From Tubiluchus corallicola (Eukaryota > Animalia > Priapulida): a stretch of 64,000 nt of DNA. Positions 24,662-61,701 of this stretch are shown piece after piece (positions within the stretch are counted from its first letter, which is position 1; each line of letters begins with the position of its first letter). The notes under the pieces are model-generated. The model saw only the letters and a list, made by a program, of their open reading frames with translations. It did no database searches and was not told the DNA's origin. The DNA lies in NCBI GenBank assembly GCA_030141605.1, contig JAQGDQ010000020.1, positions 496,001-560,000 on the forward strand. The letters are read 5' to 3'. The position numbers and the translations under genes are program-made.

Positions 24662-27600
24662 AATTTAGTATATAGTAGTACGAGGGAAAAATTTTTCGTC
24701 TGCGAGCAAAACAGTTACTGACTAATACGAGCTATCACACCTTCATCTTTTCATGCGAGTGTAATAGGCGAAGCATGTGCAATTGTATCATGCTGACCTT
24801 CTGTCCTTGTCGCTCAGCAAATTCTACCGCCTCATTGTTTACAAAAAATGTAATTAACTGGTCCTTGCCATTAATTCTACAGCCACTTTGATTTGCTTCG
24901 GCAGTCAACTATTTGCTGTAAGATTTCTTGTCTGCAGTTGCTGTGTCATACATCTCTTTAATTTTATGAAGCCTTGTTGCATTTAAAACGTTGATGATCA
25001 AGAAATTTTGTGCTGTTCGGTATAAACAATTAAACAGCGTATGCCGACATGAGTGAATCAAACTGCCATAATTTGGCGGCTGGATTTTGCTATTTTTCGT
25101 TCTGCGCTGTCTTGAAAATTATAGTAAACATTGCCAGTAATTTTGTGTCTACTTCCATCTCTCAATACACGGTCAGAATCAGATTTAGCCACGAAAATGT
25201 TTAACTTGACGTCAGTCTGTGTGATCGTGCAGGATTTACTACTGAGTTTAGTTAGTTGCATCTGTCGCATATTAATTATAGACGCGAGTTATCTATTGCG
25301 TTTCAATTACAGCATGTGTACTGAAATTTCAACGTCAGTTTTCATTTAAAATGAGATGCGGGTGCCATGTTGTTATTCTTAAAATGATCCTTATGTTATA
25401 GGTTTTTATTAAGTATGTGTTATGACATCTCGGGTAGGATCTTCATGGCTTCATCTTTTGAATGAGTCTTGATATCAGCATTCTCGGAACGTATTGAATT
25501 AAAATTGTAGTCATCTAGCCGTTTGTAGAGATTTCATTTGGAAAATTTAATGAGAAATTCGTAAGAATTTCACAATGACGCACAGGGAACTACGCATTAT
25601 AGTAGAAAAAACAAGAAGGAAAACAACAAAAATTGTAAAAAGAGCACGTACAATATCATAAGTTACAGTAATACCAAATTAAGACACGTGAAATACAGAG
25701 AGGTGGATATAATTTCTCGCAAATAGACGACTTATGTAAACTAAACTCTAGAAAAAGTGTTTTATGGTGTTACATGCAACAGGAAACTATCGAGTAATAC
25801 CTATTCTATCTCATTCCTGAAAAGATTGTGAGTTTCCAAATGTTTTAATCTCATTTAGCTTTCTTGTCTTGGGACTTTTAAGAATGCTCAACAATTAGTA
25901 GTTTAATTATGAAAGATTTGCATATTTCTTAAGATTTTAACTTACAGAGTTATCATTTCTGAATACCTATGACACTTGTTTATTTACTTTTCAAATCACT
26001 AAAGGTGCTGGATGGATTCAGACGGATACGTTTATGACTACATATTTATGGTACCAATTCTTGTAGTACTACTGGTAAGAAAACTACCCTCGTGCAAAAT
26101 TATTTAACTTAATACATACCCATGTACCCAGATTTATGTTTTGCAGTTTTTATAACCACATGTAAGCCATATTTACTATGAATGCGTTGTAAACATTTAC
26201 CATGACATTATTGCTGTTCTCACTTAAACAGCGAAATCACGTTTATCTTTTCATAGCCAATTAACTAACGCGTTCAACTTTCCGCTGTAACATTTTTAAT
26301 ACAAATTTAGCGAAATTTCCGAGCGATAATCGCACGTCGCTTCCTTCAGTTTACAACTTCTCATTGTCATTAATTACTTGGTCTTAACGCCAGGTTCGTG
26401 ACTATAAACATATTTGACGAGTTGATAGTATAGGGTGTTTCATAAGTCTCTCGTTAATTTGATTTTGTATTTTCATTGTAACTAATTGACCAACGACGTT
26501 CATATTACGGCAAACTCTTACTCAGCAGTTGGGAATTTTTTGAGTCTACATAATGTAGCATTTTGCTACATAATAGTACATTGTTATGTAATGAACTTTT
26601 AGTTGCATAATGAACATTAACAGCGTAATATATAATTGTTGCTTAAAATCACTGCAGCGCACTTATGAAGCCTAGTTTGATCCCACTAAAATAGTCATCC
26701 ATCATACACTCAACCACCGAGTTGCGTCATTTTGAGTTTGTCCTTACTGTAATTTGTCAGTTTTTAATAAATCCTTAAAAATAATGGAGAGTTTTAAAGC
26801 AACGAGTATGACCAATTGCGCGCGTATTATCAAATTCAAAGCACCTTAAAGTTTTTATTCATTTTTTCTTTTTTCAGATAAATTGTGTTTTCCTTTGCTC
26901 GATAATGTATGTTTTATTGTCACGATCAAGAACAAAAATCCGAGAATTGGACGACAAACAATACAGGTATACGTATGCATGGAAAACTAAAAAACCCAAC
27001 TGTACAGGTTGGCTAATTATATTCAAAAACGGAATTTTTTACTCAAAATCAGAAATATGTATCTCCTTTGCAATCATAATTTCACACTACTACCAGTTAC
27101 CTATATTTCTCATATAATGACGACGACGACGATGATGATGACGACGACGACGACGATGATGATGATGATGATGGTAATTCATTAACTTTGGCATTAGTTT
27201 ACACTAAAATTTAACAACGACGTTATGATTCAAACTCGTTTCAGTGCTTAATTTTTTTGTTAGAAAGGGGGCACGAAAGCTGCTGCTCTTACTACCTTTG
27301 CTTGGTTTAACGCACGTTCTTGTTCTCGTGGAGCCAGAAAACGGTGGAATGTGGAGACTCGTAATTAGTATCATCAATGCTTTGCTTGTTTCTACACAGG
27401 TACACAATATTGAAAAGCTTTATTTTTTGCTGTGTTATTAGACAAATTTGTAGAGTCCGCGTTTGGAGATCTGATTTTTACTGAAAATAGACTAAAATTA
27501 ACAAAAAGCTCTAAAAACTATTTTCAGATGATTCGAAAGATTAGTGCGCGCAAAGGATTGTAGCATTTCACACGTTCAAAGGTATACTGTGTGAAAACAA

Positions 27601-29412
27601 TGTGTTCTCATATTTTCCCTTTTAATGCTAAATGGAAAACACCTTACTGTTTACATTTAAGATTTTTGATTTAACAAAGATCTTGATTAACACTTTTGTG
27701 TAATTAAAGTGATTAATAGTTTACACTTTCTTATTGATTGCAGGGATTTTGGATAACACTTTTCTTCTGTTTTACTAATCATGAGGTAAGTCGTAATCTG
27801 ATACCGTCCAATTTGAAAATTTCGTTAGAAATTTAAAACACCTCAGAAGGTCGCAGGCTGCGGGTCACCATAGCAATAGTCTGCGCACTCCACAGAATCT
27901 AGAACATGCAACAGACTAACGTGTTTACAATTTTTAGACTAAATTTTCATGTAAAAGGCGTCGCACATTTACCGCTCATTACCTTCTGTTGGGATATCAT
28001 AGTATGCGAATATGAGACTTGAGACAATGCTTCACGATTCGCAAGAATACATAACAAGTCCTGTACGTGACCTACAAACGGCAAGCCACGAAATAAGATT
28101 TAATATTTAATCAATGTTTTCATTACTTACGTTTTTTATTATTTTTGTCACAGCTCTGAAACGAGGCATTAAGCAAGTTTCAACAGCGTGAAAACACAGC
28201 CAATACTGTTATGCATCTCGAGCTTTTACAAGTGCATACCTTTCATTAATTTGTGTAATGTATGTGCTGAGCTAGCGTACTGGGCTGTGTAATGGCTGGC
28301 AACTTTGATACTAAGCCCCTCTATACACACTCACATTCGCACGCACGGATACGCATATCGCTGTGCACGTGGAATTTAAAATTGCGTACCATGGTCATGG
28401 AATTTGAGGTATTGCCAAAATTTGTACATTATTACCCCATAAAAAGAAAAATAGATGTTGGAAGTATATTGAGTTTAGCCAATAAACAACAAGCGGTTTG
28501 CTCAAAGTACAATTTTATATGTTACATGATAACTTACGGGCCGGTTCTAGTAAATTCATCGATGCTATCGCACGAGCCAGAATGATTTTGATGAACTTCT
28601 TCGAAATTATTGAACCGTAAATTAAGCAGCTTGACACCGCATGGAGAAAAAGCATTTCCCCAGAGGAACGGCCTTCGCATATGTTAGTGAAATATTATTC
28701 TTAGTCGTATCTCGTTCCAAATTCTCAAGTAGGCGCTAGAACGTAATTTCTGTAATTGCAAAATTTTGACTCTTTCAGCAGCTGTAGCCTACCACATTTA
28801 TAAGAAAATTGTGTTCACAAATAAAGTTACTCAAAATAACTAATTGAGTTGAACTACCTGTTTATTATGGTTTGTGTGTGGGTGTGTCGGTGCATATACT
28901 CGATCGATAAGCCAAAAATTAGTGTCAGACCTAGTTGTTCACAAGCTGCATCATTAAGTCATTTCATTCTTTGATTTAGTAAAGTTTGAACAACACATGT
29001 AAACGGCACTAAATCAATGGTACCACCTGCCTCTATAAAGTTTAACGCTATAAAGTTTCAACTTTTTCAGAAATTATAAGTTTTTTAGTGTAAAAATACA
29101 TTTTAGGATGTTAAATACAAAACATAACCAAAAGTAATACGGAATATAAACTTCTTACTGCAGGTGAAAAGCTTACTGAAGCCATACTTTCTTCAACGCA
29201 CGGGGTCTCTTTTGTCAACAAGGACTAGCAGCAGTTACTTAGCTTCTCTTCGTTCTAGCATAACAAGGCGACGCGGAACTTCAGCTGCAAGAGCCTCTGA
29301 TTCGCCAAACGTATGCGCTGCAGTGCATACGGCTGGACAACAACCCGACTACATACCAATGACATTTGTAAATTGCAACCAGGGTGCTCAAAGACCTGGT
29401 GCAACAGAGTAG
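9926..29412 (+). CDS. Class B1 (secretin-family) GPCR, CRF/DH44-receptor-like; 12 coding exons, ~444 aa
   Basis: Exons 9926-9992, 15091-15225, 17776-17885, 21779-21882, 23171-23288, 23945-24098, 24320-24380, 26005-26074, 26878-26966, 27264-27399, 27744-27785, 29164-29412 (1335 nt, phases consistent). ECD: CPAHFDGILCWPPT...C...W...DYLNC. TM1 YYVGYTLS; RKLSCMRNKIHVNLF; NFFWMLVEGLYL; IGWGIP; CW; LLPLLG; QGF...CFTNHEV. The first exon is the least certain. Confidence 0.92.
11149..11291 (+). repeat. Dispersed copy of an SLC28 intron/exon-boundary segment plus (CT)n
   Basis: About 76 bp of unique sequence plus a CT tract matches 36070-36220 with one visible mismatch. Confidence 0.88.
11958..14640 (+). 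mobile_element. Long-TIR DNA transposon remnant with decayed coding core (AcademX-like), possibly nested elements
   Basis: ~11958-12560 is an imperfect inverted copy of ~14110-14640 (e.g. ggcagcatagccagtcttgtcaatttga / tcaaattgataagactggctatgttgcc; tagaacccatcaaggtg / caccttgatgggttcta). Internal 12860-13460 encodes WPTWQVFKAITEGF...LERFVTLLYD...WEP...GC...GKCKCVQARLVCTA, resembling the XPG-adjacent and Cys-rich C-terminus described for Academ proteins. The superfamily call is tentative. Confidence 0.6.
13631..13843. repeat. Compound (AAT/GAT)n-(AAC)n microsatellite
   Basis: Direct read of trinucleotide runs; explains the poly-L/N/I/Y ORFs. Confidence 0.95.
24588..24659. repeat. (TA)n microsatellite
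   Basis: Direct read. Confidence 0.95.
28580..28700 (+). mobile_element. PIF/Harbinger transposase fragment (decayed)
   Basis: Frameshifted translation NDFDELL/EIIEP*IKQLDTAWRKSISPEER resembles the FxxLLxxIxPxIxKxDTxMRxAISPEERL region of Harbinger/HARBI1-type transposases; lies in the last GPCR intron. Confidence 0.6.
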
Positions 29413-32329
29413 CTTGGAGCTAGATATAGGTTATACGAGGGTTAGATTAATTTTGCAGCTCGATCAGCTTGTAAATCTTTGGTAGACGTAAACATTCTAA
29501 ACTAGCTAGCTACTACATCAACAAGACTGATTGAATTCAGATCCAAATCTGCGAGCGTAACATAATGTAACGCCCTGATTATGTTTACACCTGACTATAC
29601 CTGGTACAGCGTGTTTCACTTATGTCAATACTTGTAGATTATTATGCTCACATGTGACTAACCAATGCGAAAAGTGCGGGAGGTTTGTCATTTCGTGACT
29701 CTGCGTACTATAGTTCTCACTAATTTTCATATTTTGGTTCCTGTCTCGACCCTTTAAATAATTTAAGGTTTTTTAAAGAAAAGCTAGGCCTCCCAACTTT
29801 TTAAAACTCCAAGTATACATCTACCTCACAATACCTAAATATTTATGAAAAAAAATAATTTTAAGAAAGCCATGGGAAGAGTTGAAGGGCAATCCAAATA
29901 TTGACTTATGTACAGTGTCCTTGGCTTTTTGACAGATCTTTTAAAGTGACTCTAGACCTCTGTCCTTCCGAGTTGTCAATAATTAAAAAAATAAAAACTT
30001 GGACGGCCTGGCGTCATGAAATGACAACAATCAGCGTATGGGTATGGGTTCTCTTAGATCTGGGATGCTAGCGCTCGCAGATAAAAGTCATATTGCACAA
30101 GAACTTTCTCAACAGTCGCTCCTTGGTTTTTCTGAGGTTAAATTAAACTGCTCAAATTAAAAAGGACGGCTTACAACGGATGTACAAATCCGTCACAGTT
30201 ACCATCACGTCAATGAAAATTATTGAATTTTTATTTACTTAAATATCTAAGTAATGATTGCGTTTATGCAAATTTACGTGAATTACAGCACTTAGTGGAA
30301 GTAATATCCTTACGTATGTTGTGCTATTGTCGTAAAAAGTCTGTCTTTGGTTGTTTGATTTATATCTTAGTAGTGCATAAGCCAAGCGACAGTGTCAGCT
30401 TTTAAAATTAATTTGCTAATAAGGCAAGATTGAGATTAAAATTGGCTGACATCGCACATTGACTAATGTCAGACAATGATTTCAAGCTTCACTAAAAATA
30501 ACAAAGTAGTATAGATGTTACAGGCAAGGCAATGTGCAAAATTTAGGAATTTTATAAAATTCCCAGGCATTTCATATAACAGGTAAGCAAGTGTTTTCTC
30601 TACAGCACTTTCACACTTTATCACTTTACGCGGCTTGACCTGGTCGACCATATTCCTTCTCTAGGCAGCCTGCTGTCCAACGAATGTATTTCCGAATCAG
30701 GTGTGGATGTGGAGTATCGAACCAGAGCAGCTCATACGGACCCTGAGAAACTTGCGTAACGGGTCTTTCAGTGCAAAAATCTAAACCCAAAAATGAAACC
30801 CTGCCTATCAAGCTATCATCATCTCAAAATATTGTGACACAGAAAAAGCTTTGCAAAATCTTTGCTCCTTCTTGAAAATTAAATGTTACTAGTACATCAC
30901 TAATATCGCCGTCTTTGAAAGAACAAACAGCATCTACTCCACCATCATAAAAACAGTATTAGCGACATTCACTGTCTTCGTTAGAAGAGTCATCATCATT
31001 GTCAAAACATTCGAAAACGAAACCAAGCAGTATTCCACCTATCATTCGATCATCCACTACGAAACTCAGCATTTCAAAACCAACTACAAAATGCCTATAT
31101 AGGAAAAGTGTATCGAAAATCTTTGAATTACACATTTTGCGTAACAAACTTTTACATTATATACAACGCCTAAAAAGTGTTGAAAAAATATTTCAGATTA
31201 TTTACCTTGTTTATTTTGACACTTCATAAAATGCCTAGATATTCTATAGAATACCCGATATATATAATAACTAACAATATATATATATTATTAGTTAGTA
31301 ATAAAATGATATATGTATATTTATATATGTATGTATATGTTATATATATATGTATTATGTTATATATACATATATATATGAGCATAATCTGTCTTCATAT
31401 AAGCGATTCGTATATTAAACCAAGATAACATACATTTATTTTTCACGCAATATTTCAAATATAAAATAAAATAAAAGTAATATTATTATAGCAAAATACT
31501 AATTTTGTACACTTTGCATATTTTGTGGTTTTTGAGTAAAAAGCTCAGTATCATGCCGTTAGGATATAAACACTGGTTAAGTTTAACGGATATTTTGTAT
31601 AGAGAACTAACATAATTTTTGTAGTAAACTCTGTAAGGAACCCACAGTTAAGTAACATACATGTGTGTACTAATGACTTCAGTGTCATTCCGAAGTGTTT
31701 CTCCGCCTCTCTACATTCTTGCCGTGAAGCTGTTGCACTATATGGTTGCATTTATCTTTTGACCCTCTCCAAGAATCATTATGGGACCAAAAACTTAGTG
31801 GTCAGCCCTGTCACGCCTCGTCGTCATTGCCGCGACCGTTATCACTGTAGACACAATAAAAATCAGACTGCAGGTTTGGATCCAATTGTGCTGATAGATT
31901 TTGTTGAATGTTCTTCAGAAATTGGTCCAAGCTATCTATGATAGTTTGCTACTGTATTTTACGCAATGCTCATATAAACTTAGAAAAACTAGATTACCGA
32001 AACCCCTGCTATGCTATTAATGATGAAATCTATTTTGAGAAAATTAATCAACAGCATTGGATACTGAGTGGATAAGGCAACCTATCAGTGTGCATGAATT
32101 AGAAAACTTAGAAATATTTTCTCGAAGAAATGTTTTCACGATCAAATTTCTCGTCACTTTTAAAGTAAAATAGTATACTAACTACTAACATAACTACGTA
32201 GCTACATAACTATAGGGTAAAAATATAATGCCCAATTTTCGCTGTAGCAAATAGAACTCTAAATCTGAGAGTTATATCTTTGAATAATTTTGTGGTTAAA
32301 CTACATGCGCTTACTGTGTATTAATTTTA

Positions 32330-32510
<181 letters not shown>

Positions 32511-33014
32511 CAGGCCAAAAATTATTAACGCCGAAAATTACTATGAAATGATAAATGCATAGTTTCATATTCAAAGATTGTCTTATTCTTCTCGCAAGAC
32601 GCAAACAAATTTAAGGAATTGTTACAGAGATTTTTGGTGTAACGCACGTTACATCTGATTTGCGTTAATAAAATAGCCACAGTTTTGTTTAAAGTCTGCT
32701 GTGATGTTTTCACTATTCGAAGTTTCTTTCATCTTATACTACCTATAAGAATTTATTACTATTATGGCTGTAACACTACAATATTAGTATACTGTAGTAT
32801 TTAGTATATATTAACATATACATATTAATGCCACAGTCCACGGCACATTTTCACTTGGACAGATAACAAATTGCTTATATTTGGACCAATTTTCGAAAAA
32901 ATACCTGTGCTGCTCTACGATAAATAAACTCAACGCAAGTGCTCCATATGCATATGGGCTTAAAAGTACAGTCCATAAGAAATTTGTAGCATGGAGTCTG
33001 ATGTGAAGCATACA

Positions 33015-42723
<9,709 letters not shown>

Positions 42724-43552
42724 TTTCAAAATTATTCTATTTTATTTCATTATCATTTACTGTGTAACGATTACTTTTTTTATTACGCAGAAACACTCAC
42801 ACCTTGTTGAACATATAATGTCTCAAAACGACAACACGATCGATTTAAGAACAGGAAGTGTTTTACAGGAAATCGTGACATTTAATTTAACTACATACTT
42901 TTGGTTACTCGTAGCAATATTATAGGTAACAGAGTCGAAAAAGTTACAGGGACTGTAACCTAATTAAGATTCTGCATGCATTTTATATTAATATCTGGGT
43001 ATTCCCAAAACGCTTTTGAAAATAATGGGTCATTCAGGTAATTCATGTCGCGGACTAACAGCTAATGGATGAACTATAGATTCTGAGGATTCAGACGCAG
43101 GTGTTACTCAACGTAAAGCCTGTGCAACGCAGTAACTAATAAATTAACCAACTGACTTACTCACTAACAGAATACCGAACTAACCGACTGTGACTGTCTA
43201 TAACTAACCATTCCACCTGTCAATCAAGCTCATCACTAGTGGACATGTAGGTGGATAATTATTGGCAAACTGCATCATAAAGCCAACACTCAAAACGATA
43301 TTAATGCTTTGGCACATCCAGAATTTATTATGCTTATAAGGAAATTTATTATCATACACTACTAAGCGCGTTAAAGTTATTTGCGAGCCGTTGCATTTTT
43401 TCTTCTTAGATGTTCGTATGATCCTTTTTAGATAAGCTTAATGCAGCCTCACAAAACATCTTCAAAATACTGTCCTGCTTATCTCGTTTGTGAGAGGCAA
43501 GATCATGACTTGATTATGATAACACAGAGCGAGGAAGAGAAACAGATTAAGT

Positions 43553-43717
43553 GTATGTGTGTGTGTGTGTGGGGTTGGGTGGGGTGGGGGGTGGTGGTGT
43601 ATGCGTGCGTGCGTGTGTGTGTGGTATGTGCATGTGCGTGTGTGCGCGTGTGTGTGTGGCTGCGTGTGTGTGAGCATGTGTGCGTGTGTGCGCGCGCGTG
43701 CGTGTGTGTGTGAGAGA
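43553..43717. repeat. Degenerate (GT)n/(GC)n tract between the two SLC28 genes
   Basis: Direct read. Confidence 0.9.
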
Positions 43718-44136
43718 GATTATTAATTTATTTATAGTTTTAACTACTAACTTTCATTTATATTTTGTCATTTACTATGTGCAATTAACTGTATGGCCGA
43801 TTTTATGTCTGAGATAGATAAAATTAAAAAGCTGAAGAAAGAAAGATTGGCAAAAACAGAAATTACCCATAGTTCATTTTGTTTAATGCCTTGAAGTTCG
43901 TTGCACTTATAGTCAATTTTTTTCCTGACGCATAGAAGAGAGTACGTTTTTACCATAAACTAGCACTGATTGTCTACCTTTAATATATATTTATATTATT
44001 TTATTTTATCATTATTAATAATATTATTATTATTACTACTATATTAAGAAAAGAAACAATTAAATAAACAAACAAAAAAATAAATAGTATAAATAAATAA
44101 ATAAAGAATTAAAGTGTATAAAATTGGCTAATTGAA

Positions 44137-58796
<14,660 letters not shown>

Positions 58797-58990
58797 TGAT
58801 GCAATTTAAATTTCAATCTTCAGTCTTCAATGGTAACTTGAATTTGGCTACTTCACAAAAACTACGCAATCTGAAATTTGCCATTAAGAAAGTGATGAAG
58901 TTTCTTTGTGCAGAATAAGTAGGTGGTTAGACAATTTTTTATTTCTTCGTTACGTCTGTTATACTCAGATTATGTCATGTGCAGGCATAA

Positions 58991-59154
58991 CGTTTTGCTG
59001 AATTAGTTAGCGTTTTACATTGTTGTTTTTGTAATTAAGCCATGCTCGCAAGAGTTATCATAATACAATGGCATAATGATATTAATATTAACCGTTACAA
59101 TCATGGCATAATAAAAAGACGACACTATAAAACGCCAACTAATTCAGCAAAACG
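58991..59154. repeat. 27-bp inverted repeat / small MITE upstream of SLC28B start codon
   Basis: cgttttgctgaattagttagcgtttta (58991-59017) vs taaaacgccaactaattcagcaaaacg (59128-59154), one mismatch. Confidence 0.75.
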
Positions 59155-59789
59155 CGTACACAGAACATAATAACAATGTAGAATATATTAAGGATTTTTA
59201 CGATAATCTCTAAGATCAGAAACGTCTCAGCTATGTTGGAAAATGCACGTATCATCGCTAACATAGAAAAATAGCAGAGTTTTCCTGTAGATCACCCATC
59301 TAAGCACACACCGTAACACTCAGCTATTCCGTTTTAGATATTATCTTGTAGCCTAATGATTACTGTTAAACTTAATTAAAAAATATACACAAACCGAATG
59401 CCTTCTTACCTTGCTGTCAATAAAATTAAAATTCACTTTTTTCAGTTTGCAAAAATTTGAAGCCTACAGATTTCTAAACCTCATGTTGATTTGTCATTAG
59501 AAAAAGCACGTAAACAAACTATGAAGTCTATTATTTTTTTACTATACAGATCGGCTTTTCTTAAACAATAACCAAAACAATTCCAAATTTTCACTTTCTC
59601 TTTTGCATTCTAAAGCGGCTTCTTAAAAATTCTTATTTGAATTGCAAGATTGTCTCCTAGTTATACAGAACGTTCCACTGAATTCTGTTGGTACCATTAA
59701 TTTAGGACTAAGGACCAAAACAACGAACACTTTTTCTACAAAATTCGGAACAAGCGCTATATTTGTTTTCCATGTCCATAGCTATGTCG

Positions 59790-60755
59790 CGGTGCGCGGT
59801 AAAAATGGAACAGGTAAAAATGGCACAAGGAAAAATGGCACGGTAAACATGAAACTAGAAAAATGACACACGAAAGAATAGCACAGGAAAAATGGCACAG
59901 GTAAAAATGACACAGGAAAAATGGCACATAATGTTATTTTAACGCAATTGATTTTTATAAAACGAATTATAATAAAACTAGGTCTGGTTCTTTTGATTCA
60001 AAAAATTTAACACAAAGATAAACGAGCAAACATACAAAAGTGTGTATTCATTGGTATTATATAGACTAGCAAAAGACTCACAAAATATTTGTTCATTAAG
60101 GCACCAATGTTCTACATAGGGTTTATCTACTTTGTCACCGTTAATTTTGGCGGTAGTAATAGTCTGACAAATATATATGTTCCAAGTCATCTTATGGGGC
60201 TATATACAATAATAAGTAAAAATTATAGACAGCGTTACTCAGTTGTACAAACGAGATTTTCTCGAAATAGAACCTGGAACTAACGCGAATTGTGTGTCCT
60301 TGTAGAAGTAATAAAAAGAAGTACTAAGCACTCCCTCTGACCACCTCAACGAAATGCTCTACGAAATTTTTTTTGTACATGGTGTTCGGTCAAGTTTTCC
60401 GAAAAAAGAACCGGTGAAAAGATTCCTATGTTGGCATTCTATAGTCTATAAGCACTTTTCTTAGGAAATCTGTTTTTGCATAACAGGCTTACTGCCATAA
60501 CAGACAAAAAACAACCAAGCAAACTGTGCTGAAGCACAACTTTTTTGGCAGAGGTAAAAATAACTCAAATAATTATACCCCACTGTAACCCTAATCCTAA
60601 GCACATATGTTACGAAGTGTGTCATTTTTTCCTGTGCCATTAATTTTTACGTATGCCATTCTTACCTACTTTTCCATTTGCGCTATTTTTGCTGTGCCAT
60701 TTTTACCTGCTTTTCCACTTGTGCCACTTTTTTCCTGTATCATTTTTTCCTATGC
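59790..60755. mobile_element. Non-autonomous element with TIRs made of ~15-bp GGAAAAATGGCACA subrepeats
   Basis: Array of (gg)aaaaatggcaca at 59795-59927 and inverted tgtgccattttt(cc) units at 60617-60755; internal taaccctaatcctaa motif. Confidence 0.6.
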
Positions 60756-61701
60756 CTTTTTGTGGGTGTGTTGTGATGTGGGTGATGTTTTATGGTTGAT
60801 GTGAAATAGGTGTTGTGATATGGCTGATGTGGTATCTTGGATGCGGTATGGGTGGTGTGTTGTGAAGTGGGTGGCGTTTTGTGGTTGATGTGGTATGAGT
60901 GGCGTGATGTGGGTGGTGGATGAGGTTGGTGCGGTATGAATGGTGATTGTGGCATGGTGTTGGTGGCATAATGTGAATGGCATTGTGTGGGTGGCTTTAT
61001 GTGGGTGATATGGTGTAATGTGGGTGTTGTGCATGCTATAGTGTTGTGTGGGTGACATGGTGTGGGTAGGGTGGTGGAGTGAGTGGTATGGTGTCTTACT
61101 GCCATAACGGACAAAAAACAACCAAGCAAACTGTGCTGAAGCACAACTTTTTTGGCAGAGGTAAAAATAACTCAAATAATTATACCCCACTGTAACCCTA
61201 ATCCTAAGCACATATGTTACGAAGTGTGTCATTTTTTCCTGTGCCATTAATTTTTACGTATGCCATTCTTACCTACTTTTCCATTTGCGCTATTTTTGCT
61301 GTGCCATTTTTACCTGCTTGTCCACTTGTGCCACTTTTTTCCTGTAACATTTTTCCTATGCCTTTTTGTGGGTGTGTTGTGATGTGGGTGATGTTTTATG
61401 GTTGATGTGATATAGGTGTTGTGATATGGCTGATGTGGTATCTTGGATGCGGTATGGGTGGTGTGTTGTGAAGTGGGTGGCGTTTTGTGGTTGATGTGGT
61501 ATGAGTGGCGTGATGTGGGTGGTGGATGAGGTTGGTGCGGTATGAATGGTGATTGTGGCATGGTGTTTGTGGCATAATGTGAATGGCATTGTGTGGGTGG
61601 CTTTATGTGGGTGATATGGTGTAATGTGGGTGTTGTGCATGCTATAGTGTTGTGTGGGTGACATGGTGTGGGTAGGGTAGTGGAGTGAGTGGTATGGTGT
61701 C
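60488..61701. repeat. Head-to-tail tandem duplication, ~607-bp unit, 2 copies
   Basis: cttactgccataac... starts at both 60488 and 61095; the copies differ at only a handful of positions. Confidence 0.92.

Noticed and set aside
30469-31147. Short minus-strand ORFs vaguely resembling transposon accessory proteins (RKYIRWTAGCL)
   Set aside because: Similarity too weak to assign without a search; no termini identified.
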